Shown piece after piece: positions 1-8,741 of a DNA stretch of 64,000 bases. Origin of the DNA: an uncultured Muribaculaceae bacterium. GTDB taxonomy: Bacteria > Cyanobacteriota > Vampirovibrionia > Gastranaerophilales > Gastranaerophilaceae. The position numbers and the translations under genes were made by a program. Location of the stretch: positions 8,689-72,688 of the forward strand of contig CAYVSD010000003.1 of assembly GCA_964453315.1 (NCBI GenBank), given 5' to 3'. Numbering within the stretch: position 1 is the stretch's first letter; each line of letters starts with the position of its first letter. The notes under the pieces were generated by a model that searched no databases, had not been told where the DNA came from, and worked only from the letters and a program-made list of their open reading frames with translations.

Positions 1-153
1 ATTACATAATTCAGTTTTATTATTTTCTACAACACTTTGCAAATCAGATTCTTCAGATTTTAAAACAAATTCACGTGTCGTGAAAAAAGCTTGCGTTTTT
101 ATTATCAAATCAGAACGCAAAATTTTTTTAGAATTAATCTCCTCAAAATAAAA
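1..153 (-). CDS. Partial CDS (N-terminus only, runs off the window); possibly YfiH/PgeF-like
   Basis: ATG at 153-151, four nt after the RHH gene stop. Translation MFYFEEINSKKILRSDLIIKTQAFFTTREF... stays open to position 1. The AFFTTR block resembles the N-terminal motif of YfiH/PgeF (DUF152) proteins, but this is a weak recollection. Confidence 0.3.
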
Positions 154-157
154 CATA

Positions 158-346
158 TTAACCGATTATATCTTCTAAAATTTGTGCATTACGGGAAGCA
201 TTTTCTTTTTGATTTTTAGATAATCTGCGCATATAATTTTTAAGAGCTTCTCTAATTAATTCACTTCTTGAAAGACGCTCAATATCAGCCAACCCATCAA
301 CCTTATTTAAAAACTCATCAGGCATTGTAACCAAAACTTTTGCCAT
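158..346 (-). CDS. Ribbon-helix-helix (CopG/Arc/MetJ-type) DNA-binding protein
   Basis: 62-aa ORF. MAKVLVTMPDEFLNKVDGLA...SRSELIREALKNYM shows the beta-strand plus two-helix RHH pattern. A near-consensus promoter lies just upstream. Confidence 0.7.
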   Translation of the reverse strand: MAKVLVTMPDEFLNKVDGLADIERLSRSELIREALKNYMRRLSKNQKENASRNAQILEDIIG

Positions 347-369
347 GTATTAACCCTCTTTTTCAAGAA

Positions 370-398
370 ATTATAACACATGTACTTTTTTATTTCAA
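370..398 (-). promoter_or_regulatory. Sigma70-type promoter for the RHH gene
   Basis: On the minus strand: TTGAAA (398-393), 17-nt spacer, TATAAT (375-370), about 24 nt upstream of the ATG at 346. Confidence 0.45.
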
Positions 399-404
399 TA
401 GATA

Positions 405-431
405 TAAAAAAAACGACTCATCAAGAGTCGT
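405..431 (-). terminator. Intrinsic terminator of the 477-aa gene
   Basis: Stem ACGACTC / GAGTCGT (413-419 / 425-431) with a 5-nt loop. On the minus strand it is followed by a run of 8 T (A-run 405-412 on plus). Confidence 0.55.
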
Positions 432-480
432 TGGAAAATCAATAGGAAAAAGGGAAAGGAAAATATAAGCTTTTTTAATA

Positions 481-1914
481 CTATGCGGTAGTTTTAAATG
501 TTCCGAAAGTATCTTGAACGTTTTTGGAAATAACTTTTTGTACAGCTTCCATTTCTGTATTGATAGCTTGTTCTTCAGTATCTAACTGTTTCAAATTCAA
601 TTCCAAACTCTTATCTTGTTGTTGTACAATTTCAAGTTTTGAATTAATATCCTGTACTTTTTTATCATATTGAGCTTGCTGATAATTGTATTCATTCAAA
701 GCATTATTATATGCAGCTTCATCTGTAACGGTATTTGTTGTTAATGTATAAGTAATTGCAGAAGTTTTATCAACATTTCCTTCTTTATCTCTGTCATATA
801 AAGTAATAGAGATATATCTGCCTGAAGAATCTCTTTCAGGAATTGCAGCCGGTGCATTAACAACTTCTTTTGTTCTTGTAGTTGAACCAATAGTATAACA
901 AGAAACAGTACCGTAATCACCGGCAAAATTTGTGCTTTCTACATCTTTTGCCTTATAAAAATAAGGTTTGTCAGTACCTGTTTGAGAATCTTTTACGTAT
1001 CTCACATACCATTGACCGTCTTTATCATTGTTGTTATATTTTTCATTTAATAAATATCTGTAAGCTTCTTCTCTGGAGAGTTCTGCTTCTTCAATTTCAT
1101 TTTGAGTAGTAATAGAAGCGACTTCGGCGGTAGTCAAAATATGTTTTTCGGTTACTGTATCATATACTTGTTTTGTATAAACAGTATTACCATTTTCATC
1201 TTCCTGAGCTACAACAAGTTGTGTTGCATATTCAGGATTGATTGCTTTTTCATCAAATATACCGATTACTAAATTTGTTAAATCTGTAACTTCTTCACCT
1301 TGTTTATTATAAAATTTATCATTTTCTCTGATTAATTCTTCTTGTACCTTTTTGTTTTCAGTATCATAAAGATAATATTTAAAATTAGCTATATCTTCAT
1401 CAGTACATTGTGCATAAGAAGTTTGAATACGTTTTTCATTAACGAAATAATTTCCGTCATCATCTTTTTGGACATCATAACCATTAAATTTATTTCCAAC
1501 AACAGGAACCATACCGGCATTACCAAGCAATCTTAATTGAGTATTTCCAATAAAATAACCTGCTGCAGTTTTATTTATAAAACTTGATGCAGCTTGTACA
1601 GGAGAATAATCATCTTCCCATTGTTGAACATAACTAATTAAATATGGTACATCATCTTCATTACGATTAGGATTAGCTAACATAGAAGTAACAGTATTAG
1701 TCATCGCACCATCATTAAATGTATAAGAAATTTTAGTATAACTATCGATAGACGGAGGAGTAGGAACAACCATGTTGCAAAGCTCACTGTAATAATTTGC
1801 AGATTCATTGGACAAAGTTGTTCTTTGTTGGTTAATTTGTTGTCCTTGGAATTCTACATTAGACTTTCTTGCTGTTAAACTAAGAAATCTTGCTTGTGTA
1901 GCTGCCATTCCCAT
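481..1914 (-). CDS. Hypothetical protein with conserved helical/coiled-coil termini and a variable core
   Basis: 477-aa ORF with its own terminator. The N-terminal segment (ATQARFLSLTARKSNVEFQGQQINQQR) and the C-terminal ~70 aa (LEIVQQQDKSLELNLKQLDTEEQAINTEMEAVQKV) look helical. No family recognised. Confidence 0.6.
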   Translation of the reverse strand: MGMAATQARFLSLTARKSNVEFQGQQINQQRTTLSNESANYYSELCNMVVPTPPSIDSYTKISYTFNDGAMTNTVTSMLANPNRNEDDVPYLISYVQQWEDDYSPVQAASSFINKTAAGYFIGNTQLRLLGNAGMVPVVGNKFNGYDVQKDDDGNYFVNEKRIQTSYAQCTDEDIANFKYYLYDTENKKVQEELIRENDKFYNKQGEEVTDLTNLVIGIFDEKAINPEYATQLVVAQEDENGNTVYTKQVYDTVTEKHILTTAEVASITTQNEIEEAELSREEAYRYLLNEKYNNNDKDGQWYVRYVKDSQTGTDKPYFYKAKDVESTNFAGDYGTVSCYTIGSTTRTKEVVNAPAAIPERDSSGRYISITLYDRDKEGNVDKTSAITYTLTTNTVTDEAAYNNALNEYNYQQAQYDKKVQDINSKLEIVQQQDKSLELNLKQLDTEEQAINTEMEAVQKVISKNVQDTFGTFKTTA

Positions 1915-2038
1915 GGTCTTTTTCCTTTCATTTTGTTTCCTTACTCAACATATCGGCAATTGTGTTGAATTACTTTAGAATTATTTGAAGAATATTAAGA
2001 TTTTGTAACAATACTTTTATTATATGTACGCATTGGGG

Positions 2039-2068
2039 TTGAAAAGATTAGAGAAATAGAGTTATAAT
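2039..2068 (+). promoter_or_regulatory. Candidate ssrA promoter
   Basis: TTGAAA (2039-2044), 18-nt spacer, TATAAT (2063-2068), about 30 nt upstream of the mature tmRNA 5' end. tmRNA precursors are 5'-processed. Confidence 0.4.
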
Positions 2069-2097
2069 ATTAAGTACAGCACATTTACAAAAATCAT

Positions 2098-2500
2098 GGG
2101 GACGTTTTGGATTAGACAGGACGTTTTGGTGAATATATGCGGCGAGTCGGAGCGCTGTTCTCCGTTACAAACGAGCAAAACAAATTAAATGCTAACAATG
2201 TAATTAAAGCAGACTTTTCAAGAGCAGCAGCAATCGCTGCCTAAGTCGAGCTTCTTAGCTACTTGTAAAGCCCAGCTTGCCGGTTTTATGAGTCCATTAT
2301 GCAAGCGGCAGTGTGTCACAGGCTAAGTAAACACATCAAGCTAACTTGGCAGAGTTTAGTGTTTCTCTCAAATAAAACCTTTGATTAATTTAACGGGTTT
2401 AGACATTTTCCTGAATTAATCGAGAAAAAAATTGCCTACACTCGTAGAAGTATATATTTTCCCGTTTTGGACGTGGGTTCGACTCCCACCGTCTCCACCA
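2098..2500 (+). ncRNA. ssrA: tmRNA (transfer-messenger RNA)
   Basis: 5' GGGGACG pairs with 3' CGTCTCC followed by ACCA, including the G3:U pair. T-arm is GTGGG-TTCGACT-CCCAC. Resume codon GCT at 2191 opens the tag frame ANNVIKADFSRAAAIAA with TAA at 2242-2244. Confidence 0.92.
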
Positions 2501-2543
2501 TTTAGTTCAAGATGCATAGCCTTGACCAAATAAAAACAAAATA

Positions 2544-2568
2544 AAGCCCGTATTATCGGGCTTTTTTG
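2544..2568 (+). terminator. Intrinsic terminator after ssrA
   Basis: AAGCCCG-tattat-CGGGCTT followed by TTTT. Confidence 0.7.
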
Positions 2569-2672
2569 ATGTACAAATTTTTCAGAGAGTGGTTTTCAAA
2601 GAATATCTCTGAATTTTCTACCTCAAATCTCCCCAAATTCTCTGTTTGCCTTTTACCTAGACCAAAAATGTA

Positions 2673-5000
2673 CTAACCATCAAAAAATTTATCATCCATT
2701 ATAAAAGTAGGATATAATTGATAATATGCATTTTTCTCTGCAATTTTTTTATAACGTTTTAATACGGTTAGATCATAATTTGTGTTATAAATATATTTTA
2801 CGCTTTTTCCATCAAATATACCTAAAACTCCATACCACAGAAGAAAATCTGTCAATTTATCCCAATCTTCTTTATCTATTCCTTCGTAGTTATATATATC
2901 ATTCAATAATTGTGTATCTAAAATTGATTCTCGACCAATAAACATAAATAAGGCATCTTTTACTTTAGGTAAAACATCTCGAATTTCTCGACTAATTTCT
3001 TGAATTATATCGTATGAAAATTGTCTTATACCTTCTAAAATATCATCTTCTAAAATTTTTTCATGACCTCTATTTATGGCAACACCTATACAATTTTTTA
3101 CGCAATCAATTAATGCCCTTGGCCTCATTAATGTTCTATCAACTATATATTGAAAGCTGTCTTCACCTTTTACAAGATTTACGCATATACTACTCCACAA
3201 GGATTTAAAGTCGCATTCCTCATTTAATTCTAAGCTATAATTAAGTCTTTTCTTAATTACTTCCGCTAAAGCCTCAGTATCAATCCAGTCAAGCAATACT
3301 CGAGCTTCTTTACCTCTATCTGGAGTATAATCAATTAATAATTCATATACATCATTTCTTAAAAATATAACCGCTTTACATTCAACGTCCTTATTACTCA
3401 ATTGTTGTTCAATTTTTCTTGATGCATCCAGTAATGTTCTTACAATTATTAAATCTTCTTTAGATAAACCATCTGTATTCCAACCTTTATCTATATTATC
3501 AAATAATATCCATACACTTTCTTTATATTTCAAATATTGTTGTAATATATTTTTTAATTCTCCAATGCTGTGCTTATATATGATTTCTGTCACTTCGGCA
3601 TTAGATAATCTGACATTTTTCTTATCTCCAAATTTTATTTTAATTTTATCTATTATGCTATTTGTTATATATGAGAGTCTTTCTGAAAAATCTCCCTCTG
3701 CAGAATAATCACCACTTTGGTATATTCCCAATAATTTTGGATATAATTCCAATAAATCTGGATTTCTATAGTATATAAGTTTATCTTTTTCTAAGATTTT
3801 ATATGCAATCTCTAACAATAATACATATTCCCAAAACGCAGTGAGAGTATGATTATATGTTCCCTCTTGCATGCAAGTAGTAATTGTCTCCTTGAATTTT
3901 ATTAGTTCATAACTTTCAGGTTTTAAATCTAAAACAATATTTCGCTTATTTTCTCGCAATTTATTTCTTACTTGTGAGAATAAAGCTGTTTTACCCGATC
4001 CTTTTCGACCACAAACTATTCTTGCTTCACCTCGTAAAACTCTATTGTATTGATCTGTTTTAAAATAATAATTTGGCAAATTTCTAAATTCATTTTCCGC
4101 TGCAGATGAACCTAAATCAATTTCTTCTAATTTAGACTTTTTTTCTGTAATACTGTATGGTTTAGTTTTTTGCAAACTTTCGACAACATAATTTGCCATC
4201 TCAGAAATGGCTTCATCTATTTGGGAATCACTGAGACATTCTTTAACTACTTCACGTAAATCTAAAGATACATCACAAGATTCGATTTGAAGTATAGATA
4301 TATTTTTATTCATACCCATTGCTAAACCTGCAATAAAAGATGCACGGATATTATGATTAAAGGAATCGTTATAAATTTCTGGCAACCAAGATACAATAAT
4401 TCCAATCGAATTTGCAACTTGTTTAATTACATCTGTAGGGGACATTCTATATGTTTCTTCAGGATCAAAACTTCTATAAAATATTTTAGATTTTTTGATT
4501 CTTGAAGCTATTCTTATACTTTTATTTGTTTTGCAAAGACTATCAAGCAAAAATATCGGAGCTTCATTATTGATTTCATTTTCATCAAAACGCAAATTTG
4601 TTCTATGGTTTACAGAATTTATACATTCTAGAATATTACTAGTATTTGAATACTCTGTATATCCTATAGTATCAAAAATTCCTATATCTTTTATCTTTTC
4701 TTTTGTTGTTTCATTTATTGCTTTATTGCTTACTAATATTATATTTTTTCTTTTCGCAATTGCGTATCCAATTTCAAAAACAACATTATTATTCAAAACT
4801 GAAATATCTGCAATAAAGTCTTTCGAATTTTCAATTGCTTCATACACTTCTTGATTAATACTATTCCCCAATATATTAAGTTGTGACCAAGTTCTTATAG
4901 GGATATTGGATTTAACGCTATTCAAAGGTTCCAATGTTTCGCCAATAATACCTGGGGATGAAGCATATGCAATAAAATGATATTTCTTTTCTTCAACCAT
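2673..5000 (-). CDS. Two tandem nucleoside 2-deoxyribosyltransferase-like (TIR-like flavodoxin-fold) domains fused to a P-loop NTPase
   Basis: 775 aa. Domain 1: FIADISVLNNNVVFEIGYAIAKRKNIILV, the NDT-like 'aD...N.NV.fE.GyA...K' pattern. Domain 2: IGIIVSWLP...HNIRASFIAGLAMGMNKNISIL. Walker A is CGRKGSGKTALF and Walker B-like is VWILFDNIDKGW, followed by a long helical C-terminus. Confidence 0.6.
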   Translation of the reverse strand: MVEEKKYHFIAYASSPGIIGETLEPLNSVKSNIPIRTWSQLNILGNSINQEVYEAIENSKDFIADISVLNNNVVFEIGYAIAKRKNIILVSNKAINETTKEKIKDIGIFDTIGYTEYSNTSNILECINSVNHRTNLRFDENEINNEAPIFLLDSLCKTNKSIRIASRIKKSKIFYRSFDPEETYRMSPTDVIKQVANSIGIIVSWLPEIYNDSFNHNIRASFIAGLAMGMNKNISILQIESCDVSLDLREVVKECLSDSQIDEAISEMANYVVESLQKTKPYSITEKKSKLEEIDLGSSAAENEFRNLPNYYFKTDQYNRVLRGEARIVCGRKGSGKTALFSQVRNKLRENKRNIVLDLKPESYELIKFKETITTCMQEGTYNHTLTAFWEYVLLLEIAYKILEKDKLIYYRNPDLLELYPKLLGIYQSGDYSAEGDFSERLSYITNSIIDKIKIKFGDKKNVRLSNAEVTEIIYKHSIGELKNILQQYLKYKESVWILFDNIDKGWNTDGLSKEDLIIVRTLLDASRKIEQQLSNKDVECKAVIFLRNDVYELLIDYTPDRGKEARVLLDWIDTEALAEVIKKRLNYSLELNEECDFKSLWSSICVNLVKGEDSFQYIVDRTLMRPRALIDCVKNCIGVAINRGHEKILEDDILEGIRQFSYDIIQEISREIRDVLPKVKDALFMFIGRESILDTQLLNDIYNYEGIDKEDWDKLTDFLLWYGVLGIFDGKSVKYIYNTNYDLTVLKRYKKIAEKNAYYQLYPTFIMDDKFFDG

Positions 5001-5049
5001 GCTGCAATTATATCACATTTGCTTATACAATGAAAATTTTAACTAAAAC

Positions 5050-6666
5050 TTAATTATTTGAAACATTTATAAGTTGCTGCAAACTTAGTATTTCTGCTTG
5101 TGTCCCATTAAGAATGTGTTCTGTTAAATCAGGTGAAATGTATTTGAGGTTCAGGATATTTCGTATATATTTTGAATCTTTAAGGTTTTCTTCTTTTTGT
5201 AAATCTTCAATTGTTTTGCCATTGTGAATTTGCTTATGGTAATAATAGCTTTTTACAAGTGCATTTACCAAATAAGGATTTGGTTCAGGTGTATCGTTTT
5301 CTTTGGCATTAAGTATAAGAATATTTCCAGTCTTCGAGGGTTGAGAAATCCTTATCGATTTCTTAATTGTAATTGGTTCAGTATCTTTCCTTTGAGGAAT
5401 CAACATAATTTTATTGCCTCGATTTATAATTAATAATACCTCTCTTATATTCTTTGCATCATAAGTTATTTCAACATTTTTATCCGAAACAACAACTTTG
5501 TTTACTACAGATCTTATTAGTTTAGGGTTTTCGTAATCTTCGATAGTTTGGGCAACCTTTAGAAGTTCAATTTGTTTATTAACATCAAAGCCAGAAAGCA
5601 TTTTTTGCATCTGCTTTTTATTTTGTAAAAGTTCTTTGGTGGTTAAAATCACAAACTTTTCAATTTCTCCGGCAGGAATTTTAGAAACAGAACCTGCCGT
5701 TAGCTTACTGTATTTTTTAATAGCCTGACTTACATAATATCGGTAACGTCTTTTGTGGCTTGTGCTATGTGATGGCGTCATTTTGTTACCTTTGTCGTCA
5801 AATATCATACCTGTCAATAAAGAATTTGAGGAACATTTTGTTCCGCAAATTTTATCAACTTTGTTCTCATACAACAATTTTTGCACTCTTTCAAAAGTAA
5901 TTTCATCAATAATACCTTTATGTTCACCATCATAAACATTGTCTTTATGTACAATTTTACCGATATAAACTTTGTTAGAAAGCATATGGTACAACTGTCC
6001 TTTAAAGAAATATTTATCTGATTTGGTTTTAATATTTTCTTTCTCAAGCCAATCTTTTAGTTTTGGAACACTCTTTATTTCCAAATACTTATCAAAAATT
6101 AGTTTGACCTTTTGAGCATCTTTTTCTTCTATAACAAGTTTTTTATCTTCTTTCTTGTAACCAAGCGGAGTGCAACCACCCATCCACATCCCCTTTTTCT
6201 TTGATGCAGCAATTTTATCCCGAATTCTTTCTCCGGTAACTTCACGTTCAAATTGCGCGAAAGACAGAAGTATATTTAATGTTAACCGACCCATTGAAGT
6301 TGTGGTATTAAATTGCTGCGTTATGGATACAAAGGAAGTTTTATGTTTATCAAAAATCTCAACAATTTTTGAAAAATCCATAAGTGAGCGTGTTAAACGG
6401 TCAACTTTATAAACAACGACAATGTCTATTTTATCGCCTTCAATATCTAATAAAAGCTCTTGAAAAGCCGGACGATTCATTGTTCCGCCGGAATAACCAC
6501 CGTCATTGTATTCTTTTTCAATAAGCATCCAACCCTCATGCATTTGGGATTTTATGTAAGCTTCACAGGCTTCCCTTTGAGCATCAAGAGAGTTAAAATC
6601 CTGCTCCAATCCTTCTTCGGATGATTTTCTTGTATATATTGCACAACGAATTTTTTTCTTATCCAT
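5050..6666 (-). CDS. Large serine recombinase (resolvase/invertase catalytic domain plus recombinase extension)
   Basis: 538 aa. AIYTRKSS (catalytic Ser region), VVYKVDRLTRS, and E-helix FAQFEREVTGERIRDKI. The long C-terminal extension is typical of large serine integrases. Confidence 0.85.
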   Translation of the reverse strand: MDKKKIRCAIYTRKSSEEGLEQDFNSLDAQREACEAYIKSQMHEGWMLIEKEYNDGGYSGGTMNRPAFQELLLDIEGDKIDIVVVYKVDRLTRSLMDFSKIVEIFDKHKTSFVSITQQFNTTTSMGRLTLNILLSFAQFEREVTGERIRDKIAASKKKGMWMGGCTPLGYKKEDKKLVIEEKDAQKVKLIFDKYLEIKSVPKLKDWLEKENIKTKSDKYFFKGQLYHMLSNKVYIGKIVHKDNVYDGEHKGIIDEITFERVQKLLYENKVDKICGTKCSSNSLLTGMIFDDKGNKMTPSHSTSHKRRYRYYVSQAIKKYSKLTAGSVSKIPAGEIEKFVILTTKELLQNKKQMQKMLSGFDVNKQIELLKVAQTIEDYENPKLIRSVVNKVVVSDKNVEITYDAKNIREVLLIINRGNKIMLIPQRKDTEPITIKKSIRISQPSKTGNILILNAKENDTPEPNPYLVNALVKSYYYHKQIHNGKTIEDLQKEENLKDSKYIRNILNLKYISPDLTEHILNGTQAEILSLQQLINVSNN

Positions 6667-7111
6667 TGGCTACTCCAAAGAACTTTTTACCGTTCCAATG
6701 AGTACCGGTTATGACATTTGCAACCGCAGAAAGAGTTTTATATGTTTGATCTTTGTATTGAAAACCGTTTTCTACGGCAGTTACTTCATATTTTTCACCT
6801 TTATATTCGCGGATAAATTTTGTACCAAAGGTTACTTCAAAATTCCTGATCTTTTTAACATTGATTGACTTTGTTTTTTCGTAATCGCTAACAAGCAAAT
6901 CCAGTTTATGTTGCAGGTCATTGGGCAAACTTTTATACTGTTCTTGCCAAACAATCTCCTTAATTAGGTAAGATTTTGTGTAACCTTTAGGGGCAGAATA
7001 TCCAAAAACTTGCAGATATTTTTGTTCAAGTTCTTGTTTTGATAGAGCTTTATAATCAATAATTTTAACTTGCATACTCACATTAATCGCTCTTGTAGCA
7101 AGCTTTTTCAA
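6659..7111 (-). CDS. DUF2924-family protein (frequent partner of large serine recombinases)
   Basis: 150 aa. The C-terminus YKTLSAVANVITGTHWNGKKFFGV matches the DUF2924 signature (SLSaiA..ITG..WsG..FFG). It overlaps the recombinase start by 8 nt. Confidence 0.7.
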   Translation of the reverse strand: MKKLATRAINVSMQVKIIDYKALSKQELEQKYLQVFGYSAPKGYTKSYLIKEIVWQEQYKSLPNDLQHKLDLLVSDYEKTKSINVKKIRNFEVTFGTKFIREYKGEKYEVTAVENGFQYKDQTYKTLSAVANVITGTHWNGKKFFGVANG

Positions 7112-7140
7112 GTCATACCGACATATTTTGTATCAATATT

Positions 7141-8733
7141 TTATGGATTAACAATTAATTCATCATAAAATTCCTGCAGGTGATTTTTATATTTTTTCAA
7201 TTTCCTGATTACGCGAACAATAATTTGCCTAATACGTTCTTTTGAAACACCATACATTTGTCCAATTTCATCAAGTGTCCATTGAGTTCCATCTTCAAGC
7301 CCATAACGTAGTTTTATAATTTTGATTTCTCTCTCTGACAAGGCTTTTTCCAAAATAGCATTTATTCTTGTTTGTAATTCATCAACTAAAATTTTATTAT
7401 TTTCTTTTTGACGATCAATGCTATAATTATCAAACTTTGTATGATCCAAATTATAAGCATCCTCAAGTCCTAAGGTACATGTTGGGGATTGAAATAATTC
7501 TTCAATTTTTTCTTCTGAAATACTTAATGCATTTGCAATTTCTGCACAGGTAGGTTCTTTACTATATTCTTGAATATAATTGTCTTTGAAGATAAAAATT
7601 TTTCTAAATAATTCATTTATATGATGTGGATAATGAATCATTTTACCTTTATCAGAGATGGCTCTACTTATAGAATTTTTAATTAACCATGTTGCATATG
7701 TTGAAAATTTGTAACCTTTAGTATAATCAAATTTGTTAATTGCTTTTATTAGACCTATGTTACCTTCTTGTATTAAATCTGAGAATGATAGGCTTTTTCT
7801 ATAAATATATTTTTTAGCAATATTTATTACAAGTCTTAAATTGGCACAAATTAAAATATCTTTTGCTTGTTCTGATAATTCTGCATTATCTAAATCTTTA
7901 AAAAACATTGGTTCAAGATTTGTATCTAACATTGGGTATTTACATATTTTTTCCAAATACCAATATATTGAATTCTCAGTTAAATTACTTAATTGTTGAT
8001 TATATAAAGCAAGTAACTTTTCTAAGGAATATTTTCTTGCTGCTTCAATCAGTTCTTCTTCTACCTTGTCTATACCAAAATCTTCTTCATTTTGCAGATC
8101 GTATTCTTCTATATTAGAATAGGCAGTTTCTTGTTTTTGAGGAAGAGATTGCTCTTTTATCGTGGGGCTAAATATATTTTCGAGGCTAATTGTTTTAAGT
8201 TTTTTGATTTCGTTATCATCAATATTTTTACATTGAACCTTTATCATATGAACGGATTCTAAGACATCTTTATCCACATCTAATTTGTTTGGTCGTCTTT
8301 TAGTGTAAATTATATTTAAAAACGGGCCTGATACAATACTTATAATTGTTGGATAAAGAATTTGCTTATTAATTTCTGTAGCTATTTGTTTAAGTTCAGT
8401 ATCATTTAGCAAACCGTTTAATTTAATAGTGATAAATAATAAAGATTTTTGAAAATCTTCATCTGATGAAATGTTTAGAATTTTTTGAATATCCTGATTG
8501 GTTACTTGAAACAAAAATGCAGCATTCACCCAACGATTTATCATTGCTTTATTTTTATCAAGATTTGGAAAAGCACTTTCAAATGCTTCTATCGTATTTA
8601 GATTTGGAATACGTCTATTAGTAGGATAACCAAGAGATTCGAACAATAAAAATGAGTTTTCAACAAAATTATTGTTGAAATATAGAAAATTATTTAATAT
8701 ATTTTTTAATTTATCATTTGTAACTGTAAGCAT
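7141..8733 (-). CDS. Sigma-70 family factor (regions 2-4) with an extra N-terminal domain paralogous to the N-terminus of the adjacent methyltransferase
   Basis: 530 aa. Region 2: [41 protein letters not shown]. Region 4.2: [19 protein letters not shown]. The N-terminal ~190 aa align with aa 20-190 of the 1220-aa protein ([13 protein letters not shown] / [13 protein letters not shown]; AAFLFQV / AQFLFEL; [11 protein letters not shown] / [11 protein letters not shown]). Confidence 0.8.
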   Translation of the reverse strand: MLTVTNDKLKNILNNFLYFNNNFVENSFLLFESLGYPTNRRIPNLNTIEAFESAFPNLDKNKAMINRWVNAAFLFQVTNQDIQKILNISSDEDFQKSLLFITIKLNGLLNDTELKQIATEINKQILYPTIISIVSGPFLNIIYTKRRPNKLDVDKDVLESVHMIKVQCKNIDDNEIKKLKTISLENIFSPTIKEQSLPQKQETAYSNIEEYDLQNEEDFGIDKVEEELIEAARKYSLEKLLALYNQQLSNLTENSIYWYLEKICKYPMLDTNLEPMFFKDLDNAELSEQAKDILICANLRLVINIAKKYIYRKSLSFSDLIQEGNIGLIKAINKFDYTKGYKFSTYATWLIKNSISRAISDKGKMIHYPHHINELFRKIFIFKDNYIQEYSKEPTCAEIANALSISEEKIEELFQSPTCTLGLEDAYNLDHTKFDNYSIDRQKENNKILVDELQTRINAILEKALSEREIKIIKLRYGLEDGTQWTLDEIGQMYGVSKERIRQIIVRVIRKLKKYKNHLQEFYDELIVNP

Positions 8734-8741
8734 AATTTTGC

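Noticed and set aside
481-1914. Calling the 477-aa protein a flagellin
   Set aside because: It lacks the conserved flagellin N-terminal (RLSSGxRIN / DDAAG) and C-terminal motifs, and no flagellar genes are nearby. Only the overall layout is similar.
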